From: an uncultured Hyphomicrobiaceae bacterium
GTDB lineage: Bacteria > Pseudomonadota > Alphaproteobacteria > Rhizobiales > Rhodomicrobiaceae
Assembly: GCA_964572465.1 (NCBI GenBank)
Contig: CAZNGB010000001.1
Span: 1-48,109 of the forward strand
Length of the DNA stretch: 48,109 bases
Direction: 5' to 3'
Shown piece by piece: positions 1 through 11,684 of this stretch. The stretch's first letter is position 1, and each line of letters starts with the position of its first letter. A program made the position numbers and the translations under genes. The notes beneath the pieces were generated by a model, which ran no database searches, was not told the DNA's origin, and worked only from the letters and a program-made list of their open reading frames with translations.

Positions 1-81
1 AAATGTCTGTATCGGACCACTAGCCGGCGCGATGCGCGCGTGCTACACCGCTTGGCGCTCAACAAGAAGGCGGGAGACGCG

Positions 82-885
82 ATGATCTCGACGAAGCCGC
101 TCATCGTCGGCAACTGGAAAATGAACGGTGTGCGCTCTGCGACCGGAGAGTTGCACAAGGTTATTGATGGGCTAGGGCCAGACGTATCTGCGCGCGCAGA
201 TATGATGGTTTGCCCACCGCTGACATTGGTGATGGCCTTTGCTCACATCGCAAGCGAGTCCGCGCTGCAGATCGGCGCGCAGGACTGCCATAGCAAGATT
301 TCCGGCGCCTACACTGGCGATGTCTCAGCCGAGATGCTGGCCGATGCAGGGGCAAGCGCGGTCATACTCGGCCATTCGGAGCGCCGCGTCTATCACGGTG
401 AGCGCGACGCAGATGTCCGGGAAAAGGCACGCGCGGCCTATCGCGCCGGCTTGCAGGCGATCGTTTGTATCGGCGAGACACAAGGCCAGCGCCGCCTCGG
501 ATTGACCTTTGAGGTGTTGCGCCGGCAACTGCATGGCTCGCTGCCGTCCAGCGCCACCCGGCGCAACACCATCATCGCTTATGAACCGGTCTGGGCAATT
601 GGTACGGGGAAAACGCCGACGCCCAATGAGATTGGCGAGGCGCACAATTTCATCGCGCGCGAAATCGCCAGCGTGCTCGGGGGTGAGGCCGCCGCCGGGT
701 TGCGCATTCTTTATGGCGGCTCGGTGACGGCTGACAACGCCGCAATGGTGCTCAATGCTCTGAACGTGCACGGCGCGCTGGTGGGTGGCGCAAGCCTGAA
801 AGCAGACAGCCTTTTGGCAATTGCGTCAGCGCAGCCGCAAGCTCGAAGCTCGATGACCAGCCCACAGGATCACGTTTCGCCATGA
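82..885 (+). CDS. tpiA: Triosephosphate isomerase
   Basis: Motifs GNWKMN, GHSERR, AYEPVWAIGTG, YGGSV, LVGGASL. Start moved from 40 to ATG 82, which follows GGGAGA. Confidence 0.97.
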   Translation: MISTKPLIVGNWKMNGVRSATGELHKVIDGLGPDVSARADMMVCPPLTLVMAFAHIASESALQIGAQDCHSKISGAYTGDVSAEMLADAGASAVILGHSERRVYHGERDADVREKARAAYRAGLQAIVCIGETQGQRRLGLTFEVLRRQLHGSLPSSATRRNTIIAYEPVWAIGTGKTPTPNEIGEAHNFIAREIASVLGGEAAAGLRILYGGSVTADNAAMVLNALNVHGALVGGASLKADSLLAIASAQPQARSSMTSPQDHVSP

Positions 886-1307
886 TCATCAGGTCGCACA
901 CCGGCATACTGGTCGTGATCGCCTTGCTCGCAGGCGTTGGCGCTGCGCCTGCTGGAGCTGTTCCGCTGACCGATGCGGCTTGCGAACGCTACGCCGGCGA
1001 GCGGCGAACGCTGGCCCGGCTCGGGGTGCGCGATCATTACCTGAAAGGCGCTGCCTGGGCACGGGCAAACTTGACGCAGCCGCAGCTCGATCTTATTCAG
1101 CGCTATATCCGTCTTGACGAGGCGCTCAAATTCCGTTGTCCGGAGCAGTTGGCGGCGCTATCTGTTGAGCAGGACAACACGCCAAGACGGCTCGACGTCA
1201 CGCCGCCGGTTCCCGGTCAAAAGCCGGCGCGCCCGAAAACCGAAACCGGCGTGACCCGAAACGAAACACCGCCGCTGCCCGCTCGCGACCCGGAGAACCG
1301 GGGCTGA
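882..1307 (+). CDS. Hypothetical exported protein (signal peptide, two Cys, Pro-rich tail)
   Basis: ATGA overlap with the tpiA stop; hydrophobic N-terminus ending AGA; fills the tpiA-secG gap on the same strand. Confidence 0.75.
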   Translation: MIIRSHTGILVVIALLAGVGAAPAGAVPLTDAACERYAGERRTLARLGVRDHYLKGAAWARANLTQPQLDLIQRYIRLDEALKFRCPEQLAALSVEQDNTPRRLDVTPPVPGQKPARPKTETGVTRNETPPLPARDPENRG

Positions 1308-1342
1308 TGAGCGGGCGCGCCAGCTTGAACCTTGGATAAAAG

Positions 1343-1681
1343 ATGATCACACTTGTTCTGGTCATTCACCTGATGATCTGCATCGCCATGGTGGTGGTAA
1401 TCCTGCTCCAGCGGTCCGAGGGCGGAGCGCTGGGCATCGGAGGTGGCGGCGGCACGATGTCCGGGCGTGGCTCGGGCAATGTTCTGACCCGCACAACATC
1501 CTATCTGGCGGCTGCTTTTTTTGCCACGAGCATCATGCTGACTGTGCTGGCCGAGTTACAGGGCACTGGCCCGACCATCGACGGCACCCCGGCTGGCCAA
1601 AGCCGGCCTTCCGCTCCGGCTTTGCCCGATCTCCAGCCGATCGTGCCGCCGGCTCAGCCGGAAGTTCCGCGACCGCAATAG
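1343..1681 (+). CDS. secG: Preprotein translocase subunit SecG
   Basis: Two TM segments flanking LLQRSEGGALGIGGG and LTRTT; position between tpiA and pyrG. Confidence 0.95.
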   Translation: MITLVLVIHLMICIAMVVVILLQRSEGGALGIGGGGGTMSGRGSGNVLTRTTSYLAAAFFATSIMLTVLAELQGTGPTIDGTPAGQSRPSAPALPDLQPIVPPAQPEVPRPQ

Positions 1682-1818
1682 CGGCGGGGACGCCCACAAG
1701 CTTGGAACTGGTGACAGCTCGGGGCCTGCGACAGCGCTGAAGCACGTGGTCATGACGCCTGCGCTTGTGGATAGGCTCATGCGCACACTTCGCGCCGGGC
1801 CCGGCGCGTGTATTTTGA

Positions 1819-3453
<1,635 letters not shown>

Positions 3454-3470
3454 TCTCTGGAGACCGCTCC

Positions 3471-4856
3471 ATGCCTCGGGACATTCCGCTGCTTGAGCAG
3501 ATCAGACGCGGTGTGCGGCGCCAGACCCTGCCCTCGGACAGGCTGCTGCGCTGGCTTCCGGTTGGGGTTGGCGTCGGTCTCTTGCTTCTGATCGTAGGGA
3601 TTTTCGCATTCCTCGCCGGCCACGGCGTCAAGCGCATCGTGATAACGACCGGCACGGAAGGCGGCAGCTATGACGTGCTGGGGCAGGTGATCGCGGAGAC
3701 GCTCAGCGCTTCCGAGCCTGCGATCCGCGCCGGGGTTCAAAGAAGCGGCGGCGCCGCCGAAAACGCACAGCGCGTGGCAACGAATGAAACCACACTCGGA
3801 CTGGTGCAGAGCAACACGCAGCTTGATCGCGATATAAAGCTTATCGCGCGCCTCTACCCCGAGGTTTATCATTTTCTGGCGCGCACAGACGCCGGCATTG
3901 CTGACTTCAGCGACCTCGCGGGCAAACGGGTGGCGCTGATGCCTGAGGACTCCGGTTCGAACACCGCATTCTACCAATTGCTGGATCATTACCAGATCGC
4001 CGGTGAAGCCGTTGAGCCGGTACCTGGCACGCTGAGCGAGGGGCTCGCCGCGCTTACGGCCGGCGACGTGGATGCGCTATTCTTGATTATGGCGCTCGGC
4101 AACGAAGCGATCGCGGATGCGATCCGCGGCGCTGATATCGAGTTGCTTGGTCTCGATCAGGCCCAGGCGATAGCGCTGTTCGACCCCGCCATATCGCGAA
4201 TGGAGGTGCCCAAGGGCGCATATTCGGGCAACCGTCCAGTGCCGCGTGAAACCATTGATGTGCTGAGCGTTGATGCGCTGCTTGTCGCCAATGCGTGGCT
4301 GCCCAACGACATTGCAAACCAGATTGTCACCACGCTGTTCGAGCGCCGCCAGCAGATGGTTGAGGCTAACCAACAAGCGGCCTTTATTTCCGCACCCACC
4401 GACCAACAACGGCTCAACATCGGGGTGCACCCTGGCGCGGAAGCATACTACCAACGCGACCGGCCACCCTTTCTCGTCGAGTACGCTGAGACGATCGGGC
4501 TCGCAGTGTCCGTTCTGGTTCTGTTCGCCTCGGGCCTTTGGCAAGCGCGCACTTGGCTTTCCAACGCCCGCAAGAACCGCGCCGACCGTTACAACCTGGA
4601 GATTGCCGCGCTCGTCGACCGCGCTGATCAGGCGGGTACGCTTGCCGAACTGGAGGAGGTGCGCACCAGCTTGTTCGCCATCTTTCATGAGGTCATCGCC
4701 GATCTTGACAATGACCGGATCGAGGAGGACTCGCTGCAGTCGTTCTCGTTCGTGTGGGAGGTCGCCCAGTCCACCTTGAGCCATCGCCAGCTTTTGCTCA
4801 CCGAGCAAGGCGGCCGCGCGGCGAGCCAGTCGCGGACGCGCAGGAAGAGCAGCTGA
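3471..4856 (+). CDS. TAXI-family solute-binding domain protein with N-terminal TM, second TM and C-terminal helical domain
   Basis: TAXI-type motifs TGxxGGSY, LYPExYH, DLAGKRV, GDVDA, GxYxG, HPGAxxYY; GGAG RBS at 3459-3462. Confidence 0.85.
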   Translation: MPRDIPLLEQIRRGVRRQTLPSDRLLRWLPVGVGVGLLLLIVGIFAFLAGHGVKRIVITTGTEGGSYDVLGQVIAETLSASEPAIRAGVQRSGGAAENAQRVATNETTLGLVQSNTQLDRDIKLIARLYPEVYHFLARTDAGIADFSDLAGKRVALMPEDSGSNTAFYQLLDHYQIAGEAVEPVPGTLSEGLAALTAGDVDALFLIMALGNEAIADAIRGADIELLGLDQAQAIALFDPAISRMEVPKGAYSGNRPVPRETIDVLSVDALLVANAWLPNDIANQIVTTLFERRQQMVEANQQAAFISAPTDQQRLNIGVHPGAEAYYQRDRPPFLVEYAETIGLAVSVLVLFASGLWQARTWLSNARKNRADRYNLEIAALVDRADQAGTLAELEEVRTSLFAIFHEVIADLDNDRIEEDSLQSFSFVWEVAQSTLSHRQLLLTEQGGRAASQSRTRRKSS

Positions 4857-4861
4857 ACGCG

Positions 4862-6100
4862 TCACAGCGCACGGCGGATCATCTCGTTGATGAGGAACGA
4901 CATCGACAGCACCGCCCCTAGTAGCGGCACGACGCGCGGGACGGAAAAGCCGCCGGAGCGATAATCTGCGCGGCCTTTCATCCGCCAGAGCGCGAGATTC
5001 ACAAACGAAAATGCGAACAGCGTGCCCGCCGCAGTTGTCTCGGCCAGTTCGCGCGTGGGCAGCATGATCGTCAGCACCACGATGACCGCCACCACCAGCA
5101 CCGTGGCATTCACTGGCGTTTGTGTGCGCGGATGCACCGCCGAAAACCAGCCGGGCAGCTTGCCCATCCGGCCCAGCCCGTAGAGGATGCGTGTCGACAT
5201 CACGATCTGCGCGACGACGCCGCCGAGCGCTGCGACAATCGCGATCAAGCTGATCGCTCCGCCAGGCAGGCCGCTGATACGCTCGAAAACAAGGCTGAGC
5301 GGCGCGTTGGAAGCTGCCAGCTCGCCCGTGTCGACGTAAATCACCGCCACCATCGAGATCGCTATGTAAATCAGCGTTACGCTGATCAGCGCCAGCGCGA
5401 TAGCGCGCGGCATGTTACGCTCAGGGTTTTTCACCTCCTCGGAGATGTTGACCATGTCCTCAAAGCCGATGAAGGCGAAAAAAGCGAGCAGCACGCCGGA
5501 AATCACCCCCACGGCCGCGCTCATGTCCAGCGGCGTGTAATGCGCCGCAATGCCGGTCTGAACGGCCTCGACGTTGCCAAACCCAAGGACGGCGATCAGC
5601 ACGAGGCCGCCGACCTCGATGACCGTGACAGTGGCGATCACGCCGACCGAGAGTTCGATGCCCAGCCCAACGATCGCGCCCAACATCAGGGCAAAGCACA
5701 CCGCCAGGGCGAGCGGCGGCAGCCCGGTGAGCGATGCGGCATAGCCCGCCCCGCCCTGAACAAGCGTGGCCGAGGAGATGATGCCCGAGACGCAGACCAG
5801 CAGCCCGGCCAGTGTCGCCAGCGACTCGATGCCCAAGCCCGCGCGGATATAGGCCGTCTCCGCCGCGCTCACGGGAAAAGACGTGGACAACTCGGCATAA
5901 GAAGCCGCCGTCAGCGCGACCAGCATCGATGCCGTGAGATACGCCAGCGGTGTGTAAAAGCCCGCGCGGGCCGCCGTCTCGCCGATGAGCACATAAATTC
6001 CCGCACCAACAATCACGCCGACGCCGTAAAGCGTTAGCGGGACCAGGGTGACGGTGCGCTTGAGCCGCGCGTCGCTGCTTTGCTTGCTGGGGCTGTCCAA
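4862..6100 (-). CDS. APC-family amino acid permease
   Basis: GVIVGAGIY (TM1), SYAEL, FFAFIGFE (TM6), EEVKNPERNMPRAI; polytopic hydrophobic protein; TTG start. Confidence 0.92.
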   Translation of the reverse strand: MDSPSKQSSDARLKRTVTLVPLTLYGVGVIVGAGIYVLIGETAARAGFYTPLAYLTASMLVALTAASYAELSTSFPVSAAETAYIRAGLGIESLATLAGLLVCVSGIISSATLVQGGAGYAASLTGLPPLALAVCFALMLGAIVGLGIELSVGVIATVTVIEVGGLVLIAVLGFGNVEAVQTGIAAHYTPLDMSAAVGVISGVLLAFFAFIGFEDMVNISEEVKNPERNMPRAIALALISVTLIYIAISMVAVIYVDTGELAASNAPLSLVFERISGLPGGAISLIAIVAALGGVVAQIVMSTRILYGLGRMGKLPGWFSAVHPRTQTPVNATVLVVAVIVVLTIMLPTRELAETTAAGTLFAFSFVNLALWRMKGRADYRSGGFSVPRVVPLLGAVLSMSFLINEMIRRAL

Positions 6101-6327
6101 CTCAGGGGCGTCCTTCCGTCGCTTTCATTGGCGGATGGCAAAAAAACTTGGGGCCGGCCAACGCGGCCACAGCTTCGCCCTGCGAATCACAAAACGTCAT
6201 AACAGATCAAATTGAGCGGTGCCGCTTTACTGCAAGCTCAGGTTGTTTGGTTACGAATTCTCTCCACCGCGACCCATTCTGGGGCACGCCTTCTCTAGCA
6301 GGTTCCAACTTGATCGAGAAACCTCTC

Positions 6328-7059
6328 ATGCCTGGTTCCGCCGTTTCGCGTCTTACAGTCCTGATCCTTTCCGGTGTGCTGCTCGCCGGGTGCGCCGCGC
6401 CTGATCCATCCGTCATGTCGCTGAGCCTCGTCAGCACCGGTGAGCCCGCCAGCCGGCAATCGGCGATCTCCCGCGTGTTTGATGCGCCCAGCGGGTCCGA
6501 TGACGAAACGCACAAGCTCAGCCCGCGCGTGGTTGCGCTCGGCGAGCCGGTGCCCAAGGGCGGCGGCGTGCGCAAGATCGGCAAGCCCTATCTGGCGGCT
6601 GGCGAGACCGTTACGCCTCGCGAAGACCCCAATTATGACCGCGCCGGCATCGCGTCGTGGTATGGCGAGATGTTCCATGGCCGCAAGACGGCGAATGGGG
6701 AAGTCTATGACATGGATGCCCTGACAGCTGCGCATCCCACACTCCCGCTGCCAAGCTATGTCAAGGTGACGCATCTGGGTAATGGCCGGACGCTCATCCT
6801 CAGGGTAAATGACCGAGGTCCATTCGCGCGTAACCGCATCATTGACTTGTCGCGACGCGCCGCAAAGCTGCTCGGCATCAAAAGGGCCGGGACCGGGCCG
6901 GTACGGGTGAAATATCTGCGGCCCGCGCCGCTTGACGGCGATGAAAGCTTCGAGCGAACCCATCTCGCAGCGCAGCCATGGTACAGCGAACAGCGAACCC
7001 GCCTCGGTGCGGCCGATCCTGAGCCGGACACGAACAGGCCGGAGCCGCGCGACAGTTGA
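6328..7059 (+). CDS. rlpA: RlpA-family lytic transglycosylase lipoprotein (DPBB domain, no SPOR domain)
   Basis: Lipobox LAGC; GIASWYG, TANGE, AAHPTLP, RVNDRGPF, IIDLS. Start moved to ATG 6328 so the signal peptide is N-terminal. Confidence 0.92.
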   Translation: MPGSAVSRLTVLILSGVLLAGCAAPDPSVMSLSLVSTGEPASRQSAISRVFDAPSGSDDETHKLSPRVVALGEPVPKGGGVRKIGKPYLAAGETVTPREDPNYDRAGIASWYGEMFHGRKTANGEVYDMDALTAAHPTLPLPSYVKVTHLGNGRTLILRVNDRGPFARNRIIDLSRRAAKLLGIKRAGTGPVRVKYLRPAPLDGDESFERTHLAAQPWYSEQRTRLGAADPEPDTNRPEPRDS

Positions 7060-7142
7060 TTTCTCCCGCAGCGCTGGTGTTAAGTCTTGGCCAAGGCCGC
7101 AACTGCGGCAGGGGACGGGACATCAGAGTGCGGGGAAAGACT

Positions 7143-8300
7143 GTGCGTCAATTCATCGTTGTTGTGGCTGCGATTCTGGCTGGCCTAGCGGCCAACATGG
7201 GAGGTCCAGCCCAGGCTGCATTTCAAAGCGAGGCGCCTTACGCGTTTCTGATGGATCACGAAACAGGCGCGGTGCTTTATAACAAGCGCGGCGATGAGCC
7301 GATGCCGCCCGCCAGCATGAGCAAGCTCATGACGCTTGCCGTGGTGTTCAAGGCGCTGAAGGAAGGCCGGCTCAATCTGGAAGATGAGTTTGTGGTCAGC
7401 GAGAACGCGTGGCGGACCGGCGGCGCGCCCTCCGGCACTTCAGCTATGTTCGCGCCGATCAATTCGTCGGTGACCGTCGAGGAACTCGTGCGCGGCGTGG
7501 TGGTCCAGTCCGGCAACGATGCCAGCATCGTGCTCGCGGAAGGGCTGGGCGGTTCGGAGGCTGGCTTTGCGCGTTTGATGAACGCATATGCCGCCGACAT
7601 CGGCCTGACGAATTCCAACTTCGTCAATTCCACCGGGCTGCCCGATCCGGACCACTACATGTCACCGCGCGATCTGGCGGAGCTGTCGCGTCATGTGATC
7701 CGGGAATACCCGGAGTATTATCCTTACTTCGCCGAGAAAGAGTTCAAGTATCGTCGCCACCGCTTCTTCAACCGCAACCGGCTGGTGCGCAACGACCAGG
7801 CCGACGGGTTGAAGACCGGCTACACCAGCGAAGCGGGCTATGGCGTCGTCGCTTCGGCAAAGGCCGATGGCCGGCGCATGATCGCTGTTGTCAGTGGTCT
7901 AGAGACCAGCAGCGCCCGGCGCAATGAAGCGGTGCGGCTTCTCAACTGGGGCCTGCGCAGCTTCAAGGAATTCACGCTGTTTGACGCGGGCGAGATCGTC
8001 GGTACGGCGCGGGTTTGGGGCGGTGAAAGCCGGTTTGTCGACCTCTCGGGCAAGGGCGATGTGACGATATTGCTGCCGCGCACCACTGAGCGCGAACGCA
8101 TCTCGGCCGAAATCGCCTATGTCGGGCCTCTTTATCCGCCGATTGCGCAGGGTGAGCGCGTGGCCGAGATCCGCGTCACCACCGACGAGGGCGTCAGCAA
8201 TAGCGCGCCGCTCTATGCCGCAGAAGATGTGGGCCAGGGCGGAGTGATCGCACGGGGGTTTGACACGATCCTGATGCTGGCTTTCGGCTGGCTGTTATAA
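7143..8300 (+). CDS. dacA: D-alanyl-D-alanine carboxypeptidase (peptidase S11, PBP5/6-like)
   Basis: SxxK (PASMSK), SGN, KTG; signal peptide from GTG 7143; amphipathic C-terminus. Confidence 0.93.
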   Translation: MRQFIVVVAAILAGLAANMGGPAQAAFQSEAPYAFLMDHETGAVLYNKRGDEPMPPASMSKLMTLAVVFKALKEGRLNLEDEFVVSENAWRTGGAPSGTSAMFAPINSSVTVEELVRGVVVQSGNDASIVLAEGLGGSEAGFARLMNAYAADIGLTNSNFVNSTGLPDPDHYMSPRDLAELSRHVIREYPEYYPYFAEKEFKYRRHRFFNRNRLVRNDQADGLKTGYTSEAGYGVVASAKADGRRMIAVVSGLETSSARRNEAVRLLNWGLRSFKEFTLFDAGEIVGTARVWGGESRFVDLSGKGDVTILLPRTTERERISAEIAYVGPLYPPIAQGERVAEIRVTTDEGVSNSAPLYAAEDVGQGGVIARGFDTILMLAFGWLL

Positions 8301-8355
8301 AAGCATAGCGACGGCGTGCTGCGCCGGAGCATAGGCGGCACGGGATAAAGCGGCT

Positions 8356-8979
8356 TTGGCGACAGGCAAATTCATCACGCTGGAGGGCGGCGAAGGTGCC
8401 GGGAAATCGACCCAGGCCAAGCGCCTGCGCGACCGACTGGAGGCCTGCGGCCATGCCATTGTGCTGACGCGTGAACCCGGGGGCTCGCCCCGCGCCGAGC
8501 AAATCCGCGAGCTGTTGCTGTCGGGCAAGATCGAAAAGTTCGGCGGCATGGCGGAGGCGGCGCTATTTTATGCCGCGCGCCATTCTCATCTGGAAATCAC
8601 GATCCGACCGGCGCTAGAAGCGGGAAAATGGGTGGTCTGCGACCGCTTCTCCGACTCGACGCGTGCGTATCAAGGCGCTGGGGGCGAGGTTCCGGTGTCG
8701 ATGCTGGAGGCACTCGAGCGGACCATCGTCTGGCCGACCCGCCCTGACCTCACGCTGATACTCGACATGCCCCCCGAGCAGGCGCTGGAGCGGCTGGCGG
8801 GCACCGAGAAGGACCGATACGAGAAGATGCCACTGGCCTTTCACCAGAACCTGCGGTCGGAATTTTTGAATATCGCGCAGTGCGAGCCTTGGCGTTGCGC
8901 GGTGATCGACGCCTCGGCCGATCCCGATACGGTGGAAGCCGCGATCTGGAAGGTCGTGGAAGAACGGCTGAATCCCTGA
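8356..8979 (+). CDS. tmk: Thymidylate kinase
   Basis: EGGEGAGKST, TREPGG, CDRFSDSTRAYQG. Confidence 0.96.
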   Translation: MATGKFITLEGGEGAGKSTQAKRLRDRLEACGHAIVLTREPGGSPRAEQIRELLLSGKIEKFGGMAEAALFYAARHSHLEITIRPALEAGKWVVCDRFSDSTRAYQGAGGEVPVSMLEALERTIVWPTRPDLTLILDMPPEQALERLAGTEKDRYEKMPLAFHQNLRSEFLNIAQCEPWRCAVIDASADPDTVEAAIWKVVEERLNP

Positions 8980-8982
8980 CAG

Positions 8983-10068
8983 ATGGCAAGAGCCGCGCGA
9001 CAAAACGCCGACACCCCGCCGCCCGAAGCCGACCGCCTTGGCGACTGGCCGCATCCGCGCGAGACGGCCGGTGTGGTTGGGCACGCCGGCGAACGCGCCC
9101 GCCTGAGTGAGCGCTTGCAGAGCGGGCGCATCGCGCATGGCTGGATCGTCGCAGGCCCGCCGGGCATCGGAAAGGCGACGCTGGTTTATGATTTCGCCGC
9201 TGAAGTGCTGGCGAAGGATGTGGAGACAGTGGGCGAAGCGCGGCGGCTGATCGTGGCGCAGTCGCATCCGCGGCTGATGGTTGTGCGCCGGACGCTCAAC
9301 CCGCAGACCAAGAAGCTGCGCACGCAGATCGCGGTTGATGATGTGCGCCGGCTCAAGGCGTTCCTAGGGACGACGGCGGGGGCGGGCTGGCGCGTTGTGG
9401 TCGTGGACAGCGCTGATGATTTTAACCTGAGTTCCGCGAACGCGCTGCTGAAATCGCTGGAAGAACCGCCGGCGCGCACGCTGTTCTTCCTGATTGCCAC
9501 CAGCGCGGGCCGCCTGCTACCGACCATCGCCTCGCGCTGTGAACGGCTGCGGCTCCGCCCCTTAAGCGCGGAAGAAACGCGCGAGGCCGTCGAGTCGGCA
9601 TGCGCGGCGGCGGCTGTCGACTTGCCGGAGCCAGCGGACATGGGGCGAATCGTGGCCGCCGCAAATGGCCGGCCGCGGCGCGCGCTTGAGTTGATTTCGG
9701 GCGGCGGGGCGGAGGTTTATGCGCTGATCGGGCAGATCTTCGAGCGCTTGCCGCGCCTCGACGACGCGGACATATTTCGCCTGATCGACGCTGCGAGCGC
9801 CAGCAAATCGGGTCTTGGATTTGATCTGATCTTTGATCTGGTGGAGGAGACGCTCGCCGCCGCAATCCGCAACGCCGCGCAATCGTCTGACGGCTCCGGC
9901 GTGTTCAACGCGCCCAGCCTTGCGCGATGGATGGAGGTGTGGGACACAGGAAAGCGTCTGCGCGCAGAGGCCGAGGCACTCAATCTCGACCGCGGCGCGG
10001 CGCTGATGCGGCTGTTCACCGAGATCGAAAACGCCGCGCAACTGGCCCGGCGCGCACGTCCGTCGTGA
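8983..10068 (+). CDS. holB: DNA polymerase III subunit delta'
   Basis: [30 protein letters not shown]; follows tmk. Confidence 0.93.
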   Translation: MARAARQNADTPPPEADRLGDWPHPRETAGVVGHAGERARLSERLQSGRIAHGWIVAGPPGIGKATLVYDFAAEVLAKDVETVGEARRLIVAQSHPRLMVVRRTLNPQTKKLRTQIAVDDVRRLKAFLGTTAGAGWRVVVVDSADDFNLSSANALLKSLEEPPARTLFFLIATSAGRLLPTIASRCERLRLRPLSAEETREAVESACAAAAVDLPEPADMGRIVAAANGRPRRALELISGGGAEVYALIGQIFERLPRLDDADIFRLIDAASASKSGLGFDLIFDLVEETLAAAIRNAAQSSDGSGVFNAPSLARWMEVWDTGKRLRAEAEALNLDRGAALMRLFTEIENAAQLARRARPS

Positions 10069-10118
10069 AGCGCGGGGGCGCCACAAATGCATGTAACCCG
10101 AAGCGGAACAATACGCAG

Positions 10119-11684
10119 ATGACAAGCAAGCCCGCTTATTATCTCACCACGGCAATATCCTACCCTAATGGCGCGCCGCATATCGGCCACGCCTATGAGG
10201 CGATCGCGACTGATGCGCTCGCGCGGTTCCGCCGGCTTGATGGCTATGACGTGTTCTTCCTGACCGGCGTGGACGAGCACGGGCTGAAGATGAAGCAGAC
10301 CGCGCAGAAGGAAGGGCTGAGCCCGCGCGAGCTGGGCGACCGCAACACCCCGCAATTCCAGGAAATGTGCCAGGCGCTGAATGTGGCCAACGATGATTTC
10401 ATCCGCACGACCGAGACGCGGCATCACGAGGCGGTCTGCGCCATCTGGAAGCGCATGGAAGCGCGGGGCGACATCTATCTTGACGCCTATGCCGGCTGGT
10501 ACTCTGTTCGCGACGAGGCGTTTTACGCCGAGAGCGAAACAGAAGTCGGTGAGGACGGCGTGCGCCGCGGCCCGACCGGCACGCCGGTGGAATGGACCGA
10601 GGAGCAGACCTATTTCTTTCGCTTGTCGAAATACGGGCCAGATCTGCTCAAGCACTACGCCGAGACCCCGGATTTCATCCTGCCCCCGGAGCGCCGCAAC
10701 GAGGTTGTGAGTTTCGTGGAAGGCGGGCTGATGGACCTGTCGATCTCACGCACCACGCTGGACTGGGGCATCCCGGTGCCGGATGCGCCGGGGCATGTCA
10801 TTTACGTCTGGGTGGACGCGCTGACGAACTATCTGACCGGCGTCGGCTACCCGGATATCGACAGCAAGAGCTACAAGCGCTACTGGCCGGCGAACCTGCA
10901 TGTCATCGGTAAGGATATCTTGCGGTTCCACGCGGTCTACTGGCCCGCATTCTTGATGTCGGCGGAACTGCCGCTGCCCAAGCGCGTGTTCGCGCACGGC
11001 TTTTTATTCAACCGCGGCGAAAAAATGTCGAAGTCGGTCGGCAACGTCGTCGATCCATTCTCGCTGATCTCGGTCTACGGGGTGGACCAGCTGCGCTATT
11101 TCCTTCTGCGCGAGGTGCCATTCGGGCAGGACGGCAGCTATAGCCACGAGGCGATCGTGAATCGGATCAACGCCGATCTTGCGAATGATCTGGGCAACCT
11201 TGCGCAGCGTTCCTTGAGCATGATCGCGAAGAACTGCGACGGGGCACTGCCGGTGCCGGGCACGTTCACCGATGCCGATCGCGTGCTGCTCGGTCTGGCC
11301 GATGGAATGCTCGCTAGGGTGCGAGAGGCGCTGGAGGGGCAGGCGATACACAAGGCCGCCGAGGCCATCTGGAACGTCGTCGCTGAGGCCAACCGCTATT
11401 TCGCTGGTCAGGAGCCGTGGGCACTGAAAAAGACAGACCCGGCGCGCATGGGCACGGTGCTATACGTCACGGCCGAGACGGTCCGCCAGGTCGCGATACT
11501 CGCGCAGGCGCTGACGCCCGGAGCGGCAGCCAGACTGCTCGACTTGCTCGCCGTGCCGGACGATGCGCGCGAGTTCGCCCGTCTTGGCGAAGCCGGCCGG
11601 TTGACTGCGGGTGTCGTGTTGCCCAAGCCCGAGCCGGTGTTTCCGCGCTTTGTCGAACAGGAAGAGAAACAAGTCGCTCAGTGA
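10119..11684 (+). CDS. metG: Methionyl-tRNA synthetase (short form)
   Basis: [26 protein letters not shown]. Start moved to ATG 10119. Confidence 0.97.
   Translation: MTSKPAYYLTTAISYPNGAPHIGHAYEAIATDALARFRRLDGYDVFFLTGVDEHGLKMKQTAQKEGLSPRELGDRNTPQFQEMCQALNVANDDFIRTTETRHHEAVCAIWKRMEARGDIYLDAYAGWYSVRDEAFYAESETEVGEDGVRRGPTGTPVEWTEEQTYFFRLSKYGPDLLKHYAETPDFILPPERRNEVVSFVEGGLMDLSISRTTLDWGIPVPDAPGHVIYVWVDALTNYLTGVGYPDIDSKSYKRYWPANLHVIGKDILRFHAVYWPAFLMSAELPLPKRVFAHGFLFNRGEKMSKSVGNVVDPFSLISVYGVDQLRYFLLREVPFGQDGSYSHEAIVNRINADLANDLGNLAQRSLSMIAKNCDGALPVPGTFTDADRVLLGLADGMLARVREALEGQAIHKAAEAIWNVVAEANRYFAGQEPWALKKTDPARMGTVLYVTAETVRQVAILAQALTPGAAARLLDLLAVPDDAREFARLGEAGRLTAGVVLPKPEPVFPRFVEQEEKQVAQ

Noticed and set aside
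1766-1774. DnaA-box-like CTATCCACA (8/9) upstream of pyrG
   Set aside because: Single imperfect copy; no box cluster or AT-rich unwinding region.
6101-6327. Possible tRNA upstream of rlpA
   Set aside because: No T-loop GTTCRA motif or cloverleaf visible; looks like a divergent promoter region.
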